The notes: generated by a model not told the origin, from the sequence alone. A stretch of 64,000 nucleotides of DNA from Acanthaster planci (GCF_001949145.1 NW_019091361.1:2527825-2591824), one strand, 5' to 3'; counted from the first letter of the stretch, positions 40,401-51,418 are shown. A program made the numbers and translations.

Positions 40401-43400
40401 GGAAGTCTCATCATCGTCAGTGCGTCAAGTCAATTAAGAGTGTGAGGGATGTGTTTGTTAGGGAGACAAGTGAGGGAAGATGTCCTTGGCCGACAGAAAA
40501 ATAATCCAAAGTAACAGAGGCCATGTTGCACTGTCCAAAATGCCAAGGTTGAGGTGTGTCAACTGCGATATTTCAATTCTGCTCCGTCTTGCAGCATTAC
40601 AGTGGTGACTCAGGTACCGGTATTCCTGCGTATAGAGGGGTTGCACTTCACGTTTTTCAGTGGTCCCTTGCCATGTGCAAGGAACCATTTCCAAGTACCA
40701 GCTGCAAGGGATCAATTGAACCAGCACTGGTCCCAATACAGGTGTGGGCCAGTGCTGAAAATATCAATCTGAATTGAATTTGTTTCTCTCACACTGCAGG
40801 AATAGGACTTGTTAATGGGCTTTGTTTTAATATGGTCCATGTTTTTAACTGATTTAAAGTCAGACCAGTTTTTCGATTCTGGTTTAGTGCAAATTAGCTG
40901 CTAAAATAAAACTCAGCTGAGCCCATGATCGCAATGCTTTTCCCCCCTTCTTTTGGAAAATAGATTAAAATCAATTTCAGTGATGTACCTGTATCCCTTG
41001 TCAAAGTATACATGTCAGGTGTAATAGGTACGGAAAAGTGTCACATGTCCGACCCCAAATTTATAGAATGAAAGTCTGTCTTTCAGTGTACTGTGAAAAA
41101 TATCTTTCTGATATTTATCGGCTGCATTTATTATTGCAATGTTCCCCCCCTTCTTTTAGAAGTATCATGGCAAGAAGTCTGAGTTGGGTAAGGATGCTGC
41201 TGTCCTACGCAAGGCCTACCTCAAGGCCAAGGTAGACAATGCTAAGTTCTTTGAAGACATCCTAGGAGAACCACAGAAAGAAAAAGAGCACAAAGAAGGT
41301 AAGATAGGTTGAAATCCTGACTTAGTTGCATCACAGGCTGACTTCGCTTTGTGCATTTGGCCTCGGTATTGCATTACAGTGATGGCATCTTTTACTCCAA
41401 GACTTCTTTTCTTTTCTTTTTTTCGTTGAAAGTTAGCTTTGTCCAGAAGAGTAGTCATCGCATGTCGCAATTGGAGACCAAAAGGGCTGGATGGTGCTCG
41501 CAAAGTTGCATTGGCATCAGACGAGCATTTGGTTGTACAATCACATCGTTGATTTATTAAAAACTCATTGGGTGGGGAGGGGGCTTGAAGGATTTGTTTA
41601 CCAGGCACCGATCTCGTTACTTACTGTGAATGCATGAATGATGTGATGCGGTTGTTTGATTGCAGACAGCAAAGCAGCCAAGGAGGAAGAAGAGGAGGAG
41701 GTGATTCGCTGTCTGTGTGGGCTGTTCAACGACGAAGGGCTCATGATACAGTGTGAACAGTGCTTTGTACGTATTCACAACCCTTTCTTTGCCCCACCCT
41801 GCCCCACCCTGTCTGTGTGGGCTGTTCAACGACGAAGGGCTCATGATACAGTGTGAACAGTGCTTTGTACGTATTCACAACCCTTTCTTTGCCCCACCCT
41901 GCCCCGCCCTGCCCCGCCCTGTCTGTGTGGGCAGTTCAATGACGAAGGGCTCATGATACAGTGTGAACAGATTTTTTGTTCGTGTTTGCACCCCTTTCTC
42001 TGCCCCTCCCTACCACACCCTGCCCCACCCTGCCCCACCCTCTCTGTGTGGGCCGTTCAACCGTATGAACAGTGTTTGTTTCCTCACTCCTTCCTCTGCC
42101 CCACCCCTCCCACTGCTTTGACCACACCTCATAATGTTACATTTGTTGAAGTGTTTAATTGGTGAACACTTTTTGGGGACAATATTATTCTGGTTTCAAA
42201 TAAAAATGCCTCACTCTTTTAGCCTTTGGGGGCAGGGACAAATTCAAACTTAGAATTTGAAGCACTGCTTGTTATGACTTTGCAACTCTCTTGCTGTATT
42301 TTGATGTAGGTCTTGTGAGTGGAAGATTTGTTAGAGGAATAAATACCCACAATGTCAGATGAGAAAAATTCATTGGCTGATAATTCTTGTACATGTACTG
42401 AGTTTTGGCATCTTATACAGGCTGATCCACTTTTGTGTTCACTCGAAGACTTCTTCAAGCTAGTTCAGTCATTTCTGAGACATAGGGTCTTGGCGTTGTG
42501 GCTCTAAGAGCAAATGCAGGGTTTTTATGAATTGTCATTTCCTTTCTTTCCCTTCCACTGTCAGATATGGCAGCACTGTGACTGCATTGACATGAAGGAG
42601 CCTGCCGAGCATTATCTCTGTGAACTCTGCCAGCCGCGACCAGTACCCAAGGTATGCCCCCCGTTCACTGCACGGAGATATCCTCCATGATAACTGCGCT
42701 CCTTTATTACAGTCTTGTTTCCATTTGTGTCAGTGGAATGTGGACCAAATTAGATTGCCATGCCAACGCGTATGTTTGATACCACACAATCAACTGGGTC
42801 AGATATGATGTAATTGGCCAGGCCAAGAGATCATGTCAGGCCAGAGGGGCACTGCTCGGTCAGGCAGTCATCAGGGTTCAGAGATCCGGTGTGCTAGCTC
42901 CATGTTGGGGAAGCCAAGCTGCATTTCTGGAAACAGGCTACCATTTTAGGATCAAGGCTGTTGCAGTTAAAGTGGAATCCACCACAAACCCTGCTTGACC
43001 TTAACGTCACCGGCCTTTTGGCTCAGAACATTCCTCAATTCTTCCAAGTTTCCCTTTGAGCATGAAGACAGTGTCATATTCTTTGTGCGCAAAAATTGTA
43101 CAAGAGTCGTCAGTGGCAACAGTGGCTGGGCTCTACCATTCTCAATCCTTCAGAATCCTCCCAACAACCTCCTCATGGATTCTAAGGATCTGGGAGGGTT
43201 AGGCTAAGTAATATCAACCATTTAACCCACAGGTAGAGACATCGGTGCTTAACAGATCACGCGTAGTCTGAATAAATCCCCATAGACCTCTATCATGGGC
43301 AACCATCTTTTTTTTTACCATTCAAAGCAATTAAACCAAACTGAGACTGGAATGAAAAATAGTCTGTTCCCTTTTATCAATACATGAAGTTGTATTCCTA

Positions 43401-46400
43401 TTATCAGCGGATCTAAATGGAACAAGACAAATATGGCAGCATCTTGATCAAGGTCTACAGTGTGATTTGGTGGATCATTTATCACATTGTCTTGAATTAT
43501 TCCTCCGGCAATTCGGCCAACTCACATAAATGCACATTTCCTGTTCACGACACATTTCGTTCTCTGTGCCCTCGAGACATTACTCTCCTGTTGTTGCAGT
43601 TAATCGGCATTCGTTATGTGGGTGTGTTAAAGTGCATTGTCTTCTCCCCGTGGACAGGAGATCGGCATGGTGCCCCAGCCCAAGTTTGCACAGCCTGATC
43701 AGACCTACTACCTGTGCCTGGAAAGAGACAAGACACTGACCGTCAGACAAGGTACCAGACTCTTCACATGCAAATATTTGGATACTGCCTGTGATTTAAA
43801 ACAGTGGCAGATAGAAGGTACCCTTTTTTTTACATGGAGAGGGAGGATGTTAGAAGTTAGCACGCCCAGAATTTGGAGTCAGGATGGGGGGGGGAGGTTT
43901 CATCTGTGACATATTTTTGAAAGTGGAAGGGTGTTAGATGTTTAATTCCTGAAAAGTGTTGTTCGGAAACTTCAACCGGCATGCAATGTGTCAAGCAGGA
44001 GAAATTGTGCACTCCTGCCTCCATGCCCCCCCCCACCTTACAAAGTATGCCGCTGATGTTAGATGTTGGCTTTTGATGCAGTCATCATTTATCTTCAAAT
44101 GCTACAAATGTTGCTGGCAGTCCTAGTTGCTGACCCAGACAACACCTCCTTTTACATTAATCTGTAATCGGGATTGTTAAAACGGTATTGAAGAAAATTT
44201 GGCAACAAGTCACGAGTATTTTGAAAAAAATTGTGACAGAGGCACTTCTTTGTCAGTGACCATGCCCTGTTATCATGACCAAACTTGGGATAGACTTGAC
44301 AACTACTGTACTCCTGGAATGTTTCATTCGCTTAACAAGTAAAAGGCATGGTTTGGGAGATACAGTAGGTCTAGACTCTCTGTTACCATTGCACAAAAAA
44401 AAGCAAATAAATCACGGTACTGTTACGTTGCTTTGCTCGGTGAGTTCTGTCGACTCTTTTGTGATGAACGTATGCATGGGCCATTACCAGGTTACTGCGT
44501 CTACCTTGCCAACGATAACCAACATCGAAGTGCTGATGGGTCCACGATCAAGACCGCGGCTGAAGTCATGGCTGACGTCAACCCTGCTGAGCTCAACATA
44601 TTCAGAGTAGAGAAACTGTGGAAGACGGAAAGGTGAGCCCAGAGATTCAAACATCTAACGATAGGGGCTAGGGACATTGCATGCACTCCTTAAGGAATGC
44701 CTGGACGTTAACAGAGTTATAAGATGAAAGTTGAGGTTTTGTTTTTGAGAGATCGTTACCACTTTCAGCGAGGGACTCAGTATGTACATGCACATAACCC
44801 TCTCCCCATTGACAGAGAGATTGCACAATGAAATGTCGATTGTGGTTTGTGCCAGCAACCAGTAGATGGACAAAGGGAATCAGCCAGTAGATACTTTAGT
44901 TCCAGGATGTAAAAGGGATTCTGGGAATTGTAATCAGATTTTATTGGAGATTTTCAGGGACAGATACTGTCCTCACCTGACCATTTCCGCAGTCTTTAAC
45001 TGAAATAAAACAGCTTCATTGAGGTCTGCGAATATCATGCTGCCCTTAGTTTGCAATTTTTCTCGTAGGTGAAATATTAAGGATGCCATTGTCATTTTGT
45101 CCTGACATTTCTGCCCATTCTGATGGATTTATGTATTTACTTGGTGTGCAGATTTGAGCTGAATGCTGCTGTAAATGCAACATGACAAATTTCCATCTGA
45201 AATTCGAGCACTGAGCTCAAACTTCAGTACCACCTCTCTACACCAACTTCGCTGACCTAGATATCCTACAAGAAGCCTTTATCTGCAGTCCCTCTTGAAT
45301 ATCAAGACTTGCGTGACATTTGATTTGCATTATCTCCCTTTGGCACTCTGGGTTGACAATGTTTGTATTGTTTTTGTCAGCGGTGAGAAGTTTGCCTTCG
45401 GCCATCATTTCCTGAGACCCTACGAGACTCACCACACTCCCTCCCGGAAGTTCTTCCAGAATGAGCTCTTCCGAGTCCCGCTGTATGAGATCATTAAGCT
45501 GGAGATCATCGTGGGAGTCTGCTGTGTCATGGACCTTTACACCTACTGCAAGGGTATGCCCAACAGTGATGTACATGTTTATAACAGAGAGTTTGCAGGT
45601 GATGTCACGACTCCTTCGTCTGCCATCTTGGTGGTTGGAAGCTGCGGCAATACCAGCTAGAGCACTGCACACAAAACGTGTCTTTACTGTTAACTTAGCA
45701 TATGATGATATTTTTAAGTTCAACTCAATTTTACATTTATGCATGATCTCCGATATACGCATATGTCCAGCTGCATCTATATGCTACACAATCTTTTAAA
45801 TGTCAGATTACCTTTTACCACCAATGAAAGATTATGTTGGTTTGCAGTCACACGTCATCATACTGTCCGTTGCACCATCATAGGCAATGGAGGCATTGAC
45901 CTAGACACCTACATGCACCTGTGCGTTTTGCACCCATGTGGTTTGTTTTCAAGCCTAGTCAGCATGAGCAATACAGACAGCAGTCTTCTCTGCTGAATTG
46001 GTACCGTTTACTTTGAAATTAGGCCATGTCCGGGTCAGCTGACATGCGGCTGGTGTTAGCGCACTTACCAATAGGACCTTTCTGAACCATAAGTCACTGG
46101 CTTCCCATTGGAACCCATGCTGTTTCCAGCCGTAGCCACACAATTTAGACACAGTGTTATGTTCAGTGTTCCTAATGCTTTCAAAACGTTCCTTGTATGG
46201 AGACTAATTGCTTCATTCTGTAACTCCTGATCGAAGGATTTTGGACTCTATTCCAGTAGTTAATAACATGTTGTAACCTTAGATTATAATCTTCTGTCAA
46301 TCTGCCTCTCTCTAACTAGACGTAAAAATGGGTACCTATGAGGGCAAAGATTGCCATTTTTAGATAAACCGGTATGCACCCAAAATGTCAGAACCAAGCT

Positions 46401-49400
46401 GTGTACTCCCCAAAGAGTTGACATATTTTGTTGAATGCTTATTTGCCCTATGAGCAGGCGTAACAGTGATGCATTGCCTTTAGCACCGAGGACTACTTTA
46501 TTGTGTGCTGGATCAGTACACATTGTCAATATTGTGTTCTGCCTTGAAGGGAGGCCAAAGGGAACTGAGGAGAAGCACGTGTACATCTGCGAGTACCGCC
46601 TAGACAAGACCGCTCATCTCTTCACGCCCATCAGCCGGAATAAGTACCCCATCTGTACCAAGTCCTACGCCTTTGACAAGTTTGACAAGAAGCTGATGCC
46701 CAAGAGAGACTACTCGGTGAGTCCAGGCTTTGACCTTAACCCTCCCAGACCCTTCGTCCTGCGGGGGTCCAACATTCTACAGGAAGTCTTGGGGGGGGGG
46801 GAGATTCTAAAGAATTGAGGCTTGGTGTCCATGGAAAGGTTAAGTGCCAAGAAAATGTCATTGGTTTGCCACATAGTGGAGGATTTTGTAGGATTCAGGA
46901 AGGTCTTGAGAACATAGAGAAATGGAGTTAATAAGGATCATGATGAAATTCAAGCATTGATATCAATTTGTGCTTCACCTTCTTTACTTGTGATGAGATG
47001 GTTATGATTAAATCCAGCTCATTCTATTGTACCCAATCACTGAAAGGTAATAAGCAGTCGACAACAGATTTATACAGTCTTGATTTTATGCATTCTTAGG
47101 CTGTTTGTAATCTCAGGATTTGTCTCATGCATTTGACTCTGTAATTAGTGAATCTCTACACTTTTAAAATTGGAATCTAGGTTTGAAACCAGGCCTTGTT
47201 ATTCCTTGTCTCACAGAAACCAACCAAGATAATGCAAACCTAGAATTAAGTATATTAATCTTGATTTGAAATTTTGCAATGCAGCCATCAGCAAAATTGC
47301 AGTGTAACCAATGAATCACTGCTGTCATTGTTGAAGCTAATTCCTGTTTAAACTAGAACCATGGTGGACTCCATTTCATAGTCAAATGACATAAGTTAAT
47401 CCTTCACTTTTACTGGAGATATACATGATTTTAACATTCCGTTACCATTAACATGATAAATTCAAAGCATATTGGACCTCTCTACCTTTAAAAGACTTGA
47501 AAGTGAACACACCTGTACATCAGGAGCATGACATTTAATAACATTGCCAAACCCGAGGCAGTTAATTGAGAGAGTCCATACAGCCGCCCCCGACTTCCGC
47601 TTCCATTCCCTACTTGGACAAGTCCTGGGGGAGGGGGAAGGGATGTTCAGGGGAAAGCTCCGTGTTATCCATCCCTTGAGGGCAAGGCGGTAATGCGATG
47701 ACAAACTTGGGTGGTGTAGTGCAGACCCGAATGTGGCTGGGCCTGAGAAGAACCAGACCGAGGGGTTGCTAGAGAGTGACAGGCCAGAGGTATTGCTCAA
47801 TTCCAGTGGAGTTCTCTGACGTGGTGCACTTTGACCTTTCCCTCAACTTTCCTCAGGCAATGTTGCCATACCTCTTTGTTGAAAAACTTCAAAAACAAAA
47901 AATGGCACTATCACCTTCATAATACTTCATGTTGAACCTTTGTGAACAATTTCAATCGTGTAATTTAGTGCAAAGTTCAAAAGCCTTGGCATCAAGAAAT
48001 TTGGCACAAATTCAGCTGAGTTTCCCTAAAGTACATGTAGTGCGCATGAACAAATCTCAGAAAATCTTTCTTTAACTACTTGCTGCCGGGTGGTTTGTAA
48101 AATGCAGTGCACATAATCGGGACTTTTTCAAGATTTTCAGTTTTCAAAATTCGTCAAAATTCATCATTTCAATTAATGGACGTTTACACTCACACGAATT
48201 ACTGTCTGGTGGCCACTCTAGTCTGACAGACAAAATCTATTGACGCCCGAATATTTCAGCCAGGGCTGCAGCCTTGTAAAAAGAGCCCAGATTGTGTGGT
48301 GTTATGTAACGTTCTTTTGTTCACGAACCTGGCACTGTGCGCTGCTGACCTCTTTTCGATAGGGGCCAGATTAGCGTGCAGCGGTGCTGTGTGGCTGATC
48401 GCTGCGGTGGTGGAGCACTTTTGTCCCCGGTGGTAATCCGCTCACACGAAATGCCCCAAACCGCAGTATACTATTTCAAAACAAGGCTGGATTGTCTCCA
48501 CTTTTGAGAGTGAAGAAATGTCGGTAATGCTCAGCAGCCTGGTCTTTTGTTCCGAGTATGGTCTTTTGTTACAGGCCCTGTTCCCTTTGTCCGATTTTGG
48601 AGACCCCGGCCACGTGTATAAACACAGGGTGCCTGAAACCTGAGTCCCCGGCGGCAAATGGTTAAAGTTTATAAATTATGATAAATCATTATTACCTCCA
48701 CTTACTCACATGCCTAATTACAAGTTAGTAAACATTCTGTCTTTATTTTTGGGCACATTTTAAACGAGATCATTGTGCACTTTCCAAAAAAAATCAGAAA
48801 ATAAGGCAAAAATGGAATTTCATGGGATCTTTCTATTGAGTACATAAACTCAAGACTGATGAACAGAAAGTTTTGAAAGCTTGATGAGCTTGGTTAGAGT
48901 TAAGAGTTTGTATTTTGCTTGGTTATGTTTTTTTTGCATCATAGATTTACATTCTGTTTTCTCAGGTCTTTACGAGGTGGAAAAGTTGCACCTGGAATAG
49001 ACTTAAAACTTATAACTGAACTGATTGGCAACTGCTCAATAAACACTAAAAATGCCACTGCACAAACAGCAATGGATCAAGATTGTTTCTCCCTTTTTCT
49101 ACAGCAAGAAACCAAACATGCCTTAGGCGTGTCTAGGAGATTACAGGCAGATCGGTCTATCACAGGGAAAAATCCGTGTGGATCCGTGTGTGTGATAAAT
49201 TTTGTGTTTGTGTTTGTGTTCCAGCCACACCATGTACCAGAGCATTTCAAGAGGGGTTATGGTGGCCGGTAAGTCATTGGACAGGAATAATTCTTTGTCC
49301 TGTAGAGTTTTCCATTAGAGTACTCTGTCATTCCCACAGATGTACTTCATCTGACCGTCAAATTTTGAAGAAAAAGTACGAAACAAATATGTAAAATTCA

Positions 49401-51418
49401 ACTTTGGAACAAAGTGAAACAGTGGAGGTGGTGCTGCGGTGGTTCCTTGGGTGCACCGAACGTCGCCTGGGGTTTTGTGGCAGATAACTCATCATCACCG
49501 TTCTTGTGACTCGCTTTTGACGGGCTCATCCTCACTACTAAGTTGTCACTTTTTGCCGCCTGCCGAAATCTCATTTTGATCCCTGTCTCCACAGCACCAC
49601 GTGCAGCAAGGACAAGTCAGAGAGGGAGGAAGGGGAGGGGCAACACGACAGAGGGGGTGACGACTCTCAGGGGGCATCACAGTATGCCACCGCCGGTGGG
49701 AAACAACAGCAGAGGAGCAAGGTCAAGTCGGCTAAGAGTAACGCCAGCAGGTACAGGTTTTCAAACTAGTGACAGATTTTTGTAAAAATGTGGTGATTCA
49801 GGAGGAACAGGTGTTCAGATGCAAACGCTGATGTATGCCAATTGAACAGACGGGAAATCATCCGTCATCTAAAATTCGATGTGCATGATTGAAGAGAAAG
49901 GAGAAAAATTGCATGGGCATATATTCACTGCATTTTTTGTTTCTCTCAATAGTGATGAGCTATTGTCCTTGTAAACCGAGTGAAACAAGCATTGTTTTCG
50001 GAGAAAACCCATGCCAAGTTAAGCCAGTGACCGTTAACCACTGGCCAGTTTTTCCTGGCACCCAAGACGCAATTTGTGCATGGTTTACCAGACAAAATCA
50101 ACAAAATGGTCACTGATTGAGCTTGGCCCAAGTCTTCCCTGATTGGCAGACCACTTTGTCTTGTCTGTAGCTCTGTTCATCTGCTCAAGGTAGGTTGGCA
50201 TCTGAACTTTGATGGACTGGTGAGCCAAGAGGGGTCATCAGTCTGTTGGAAGCTATGTTAATTTGCACAACATTGGTTTCGAAGGTATTCCAGTGGCAGG
50301 CCAAGTCTTTGTGAGAAGGACTCCTTTCTGGAGTTGAAATTGATACAGCCTTTTGCCCCTTGTGCGCCGGGGGGAGCATGGGGTCATATTGCCCAGATCA
50401 CAGGACAGCCATCTCAGTTTGTATCGCCCTCTCTCTCCCGTTTTCTGTTAGCAGTGCAGACGAGGACCAAAAGCAGAAGAAGATCAACAAGAAGCGGGAG
50501 AAGGAGCAGTCCCTGGCCGCCAGGCGACAGATGGAGCAGCAGAAAGCGGAGCGGATGGCTGGCCAGAAGGATCGGCTGAATGGCCTCCTGCTGGGACTGC
50601 TTGCCAAGCTACCCAGCAAGCAACGTAGGTAGCAGGCAGAAACACGAGTTGAAGACTTCTCTATAGTAACTTGTAATTTAACAGGAGGTTAACAGAAGGG
50701 TACAAGATTTACAACAGGACCACGTGAAATGAGAAATATGAAGGGGAACACAATTTTCCCGCACTGCATACATGTACCTTTTTCTGTTCACAGTATGTGA
50801 ATTTTAATTTTACACTACGGATTATTTTTCTTTATTAAATAAAGAAAAATAATCCGTAGTGTAAAATTAAAATTTGTTTACTCTATGCTGCTGATAAACA
50901 TCATAGACAAAAGACAGTTCTTTGTCATTTCACACTTGAAGCTGTCAAGGTTAATTACTCCTCTTTATTTGGGGGCCCACTCCACGACCTTGCCATCCAG
51001 TCTATCCTAGGTCAGTCACAAGTCATCCACTCAAGTCACAAGTTATTTAAATGAACTGTGGCAAAGGCATTGGTCATTATCTTCTGCCTGTAACTGAACT
51101 CGCAAATTGATTTGCGATTGGGCTTGCAGTAGACTGTGATACAGCACCCTACACCATGCAAAAGTCTAAAGTGGACTTTCCCATTTTTTCACAGTTAGCC
51201 CTAGGTTAAATCTGAGAACAAGTTCACAGTGAAAATTGATGGAGAAGCTTTTATACGCTACCATAGAATTTAACAAATACCTTTTCACTTGTATTTACAA
51301 TTTGACACCTGAAACTCTCTTCTGTGTTGCAGCTGTTGATCTGACCTATTTATTGGAGGAAGGACACGGCAAACGACGCTGCAAGAGACCACCCCACTCG
51401 TTGGATGGATTCTTCTGA
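16861..51418 (+). CDS. ASH1L: Histone-lysine N-methyltransferase ASH1L (H3K36), multi-exon gene; 22 coding exons visible, 5' exon(s) possibly upstream
   Basis: Joined exons: 16861-22421, 23453-23758, 28668-28774, 29593-29712, 31885-31990, 33025-33130, 33513-33869, 34288-34455, 34940-35150, 35746-35953, 36533-36665, 41160-41298, 41666-41766, 42565-42651, 43658-43751, 44491-44632, 45381-45553, 46550-46716, 49225-49268, 49595-49750, 50452-50624, 51333-51418. All introns are GT-AG and all phases match; total 8745 nt. The AWS-SET-postSET-Bromo-PHD-BAH order is diagnostic of the Ash1/ASH1L family. Confidence 0.96.
22467..22985. mobile_element. Putative non-autonomous DNA element with a 156-bp nested hairpin end (22467-22622)
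   Basis: 27-bp outer inverted repeat with 2 mismatches, 20-bp inner inverted repeat, and CGGGCATTATCA repeated three times. The right boundary is uncertain. Confidence 0.5.
23453..23758 (+). CDS. ASH1L: ASH1L exon (...[18 protein letters not shown])
   Basis: ccacag acceptor, gtgagt donor, phase 2/2; contains the conserved KAG(I/L)YS motif. Confidence 0.88.
28668..28774 (+). CDS. ASH1L: ASH1L exon ([10 protein letters not shown]...LLPLPILSG)
   Basis: T-rich tract plus ttatag acceptor, gtaaag donor. Bridges phase 2 to phase 1 exactly; absent from the + strand ORF track. Confidence 0.82.
29593..29712 (+). CDS. ASH1L: ASH1L exon with MRG-binding FQLP motif ([10 protein letters not shown]...YKKLKN)
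   Basis: ttgtag acceptor, gtaagt donor; FQLPYD encoded at 29622-29639. Confidence 0.92.
31885..31990 (+). CDS. ASH1L: ASH1L exon, AWS domain start (IYYDVKP...CNC...GCGDDCLNR)
   Basis: ccacag acceptor, gttggt donor; AWS cysteine pattern. Confidence 0.92.
33025..33130 (+). CDS. ASH1L: ASH1L exon, AWS end ([23 protein letters not shown])
   Basis: ctctag acceptor, gtaagc donor. Confidence 0.94.
33513..33869 (+). CDS. ASH1L: ASH1L exon, SET domain (RGWG...EYVGE...[10 protein letters not shown]...ELTYDYN)
   Basis: Canonical SET motifs GWG, NHSC and ELTYDY; tctcag acceptor, gtgaga donor. Confidence 0.97.
34288..34455 (+). CDS. ASH1L: ASH1L exon, post-SET ([17 protein letters not shown])
   Basis: CxCx4C post-SET motif; ctacag acceptor, gtgagc donor. 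Confidence 0.94.
34940..35150 (+). CDS. ASH1L: ASH1L exon (PMSVRE...[11 protein letters not shown])
   Basis: tcacag acceptor, gtaatt donor; phase 0/1. Confidence 0.9.
35746..35953 (+). CDS. ASH1L: ASH1L exon, bromodomain start ([12 protein letters not shown]...[13 protein letters not shown])
   Basis: ctccag acceptor, gtaatt donor. Confidence 0.93.
36533..36665 (+). CDS. ASH1L: ASH1L exon, bromodomain ([16 protein letters not shown]...VFRNAE)
   Basis: Bromodomain DYY..I..P.DL motif; catcag acceptor, gtgaga donor. Confidence 0.94.
36735..36870 (-). mobile_element. Possible tRNA-derived SINE-like fragment
   Basis: The minus strand reads GTTGTGGGTTCAAGTCCCAAC (B-box/T-arm-like, 36828-36838); I see no complete cloverleaf. 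Confidence 0.3.
37274..38651. mobile_element. Non-autonomous hAT-like DNA transposon (1378 bp)
   Basis: 8-bp direct repeat CATTTCAG at 37266-37273 and 38652-38659; TIRs aAGTGCTGCA / TGCAGCACTA; clustered CCGAAC subterminal repeats at both ends. Confidence 0.8.
39180..39432. mobile_element. Degenerate MITE-like element
   Basis: Left CATGACCCAGTTCTGCAAAATGAGTC versus right reverse complement TATGACCAGATTCGGCCAAAGGGGTC (partial match). Confidence 0.3.
41160..41298 (+). CDS. ASH1L: ASH1L exon, bromodomain end ([20 protein letters not shown]...)
   Basis: ttttag acceptor, gtaaga donor; phase 0/1. Confidence 0.9.
41666..41766 (+). CDS. ASH1L: ASH1L exon, PHD finger first half ([22 protein letters not shown])
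   Basis: ttgcag acceptor, gtacgt donor; C-x-C...C-x2-C pattern. Confidence 0.93.
41710..42115 (+). repeat. Four-copy tandem duplication (periods about 100, 110 and 121 bp) of the PHD exon 3' end plus 5' splice site
   Basis: Anchor gtctgtgtgg at 41711, 41811 and 41921, and ctctgtgtgg at 42042. Copy 2 is identical to copy 1 through the exon part and donor; copies 3 and 4 are progressively degenerate. Confidence 0.93.
42565..42651 (+). CDS. ASH1L: ASH1L exon, PHD finger second half (IWQHCDC...YLCELCQPR)
   Basis: tgtcag acceptor, gtatgc donor; completes C4-H-C3. Confidence 0.93.
43281..43458. mobile_element. Degenerate MITE with TAGACCT termini
   Basis: Left ATAGACCTCTATCATGGGCAACCATCTTT versus right reverse complement GTAGACCTTGATCAAGATGCTGCCATATTT. 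Confidence 0.45.
43658..43751 (+). CDS. ASH1L: ASH1L exon, PHD-BAH linker and BAH start
   Basis: ggacag acceptor, gtacca donor; EIGMVPQP...YYLCL...VRQG. Confidence 0.9.
44491..44632 (+). CDS. ASH1L: ASH1L exon, BAH domain (YCVYL...[12 protein letters not shown])
   Basis: taccag acceptor, gtgagc donor. Confidence 0.91.
45381..45553 (+). CDS. ASH1L: ASH1L exon, BAH domain ([18 protein letters not shown]...[10 protein letters not shown]...YCKG)
   Basis: tgtcag acceptor, gtatgc donor. Confidence 0.94.
46550..46716 (+). CDS. ASH1L: ASH1L exon, BAH end (RPKG...[15 protein letters not shown]...PKRDYS)
   Basis: ttgaag acceptor, gtgagt donor. Confidence 0.93.
49225..49268 (+). CDS. ASH1L: ASH1L 44-bp exon ([14 protein letters not shown])
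   Basis: (TTTGTG)n tract plus ttccag acceptor, gtaagt donor. Confidence 0.87.
49595..49750 (+). CDS. ASH1L: ASH1L exon, C-terminal low-complexity linker
   Basis: ccacag acceptor, gtacag donor; open in the frame required by its neighbours (phase 2/2). Confidence 0.78.
50452..50624 (+). CDS. ASH1L: ASH1L penultimate coding exon (...[20 protein letters not shown]); NAGNAG acceptor with alternative start 50455
   Basis: TAGCAG tandem acceptor; the gtaggt donor at 50625 gives phase 1, matching the last exon. Confidence 0.86.
50800..50874. repeat. Perfect AT-rich palindrome, 37-bp arms with a 1-nt spacer
   Basis: 50800-50836 is the exact reverse complement of 50838-50874. Confidence 0.95.
51333..51418 (+). 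CDS. ASH1L: ASH1L last coding exon ([18 protein letters not shown]...FF*)
   Basis: ttgcag acceptor; conserved D(V/L)TYLLEEG C-terminal motif; TGA at 51416-51418. Confidence 0.9.

Noticed and set aside
41710..42115. Repeat-spacer-like pattern resembling a CRISPR array or a multi-PHD protein
   Set aside because: The context is eukaryotic and the units derive from an exon end. There are no unique spacers, and the extra copies lack their own acceptors and are mostly frame-shifted.
50625..50632. Alternative donor at 50629 or read-through stop at 50630-50632
   Set aside because: Only the donor at 50625 puts the conserved [10 protein letters not shown] last exon in frame.
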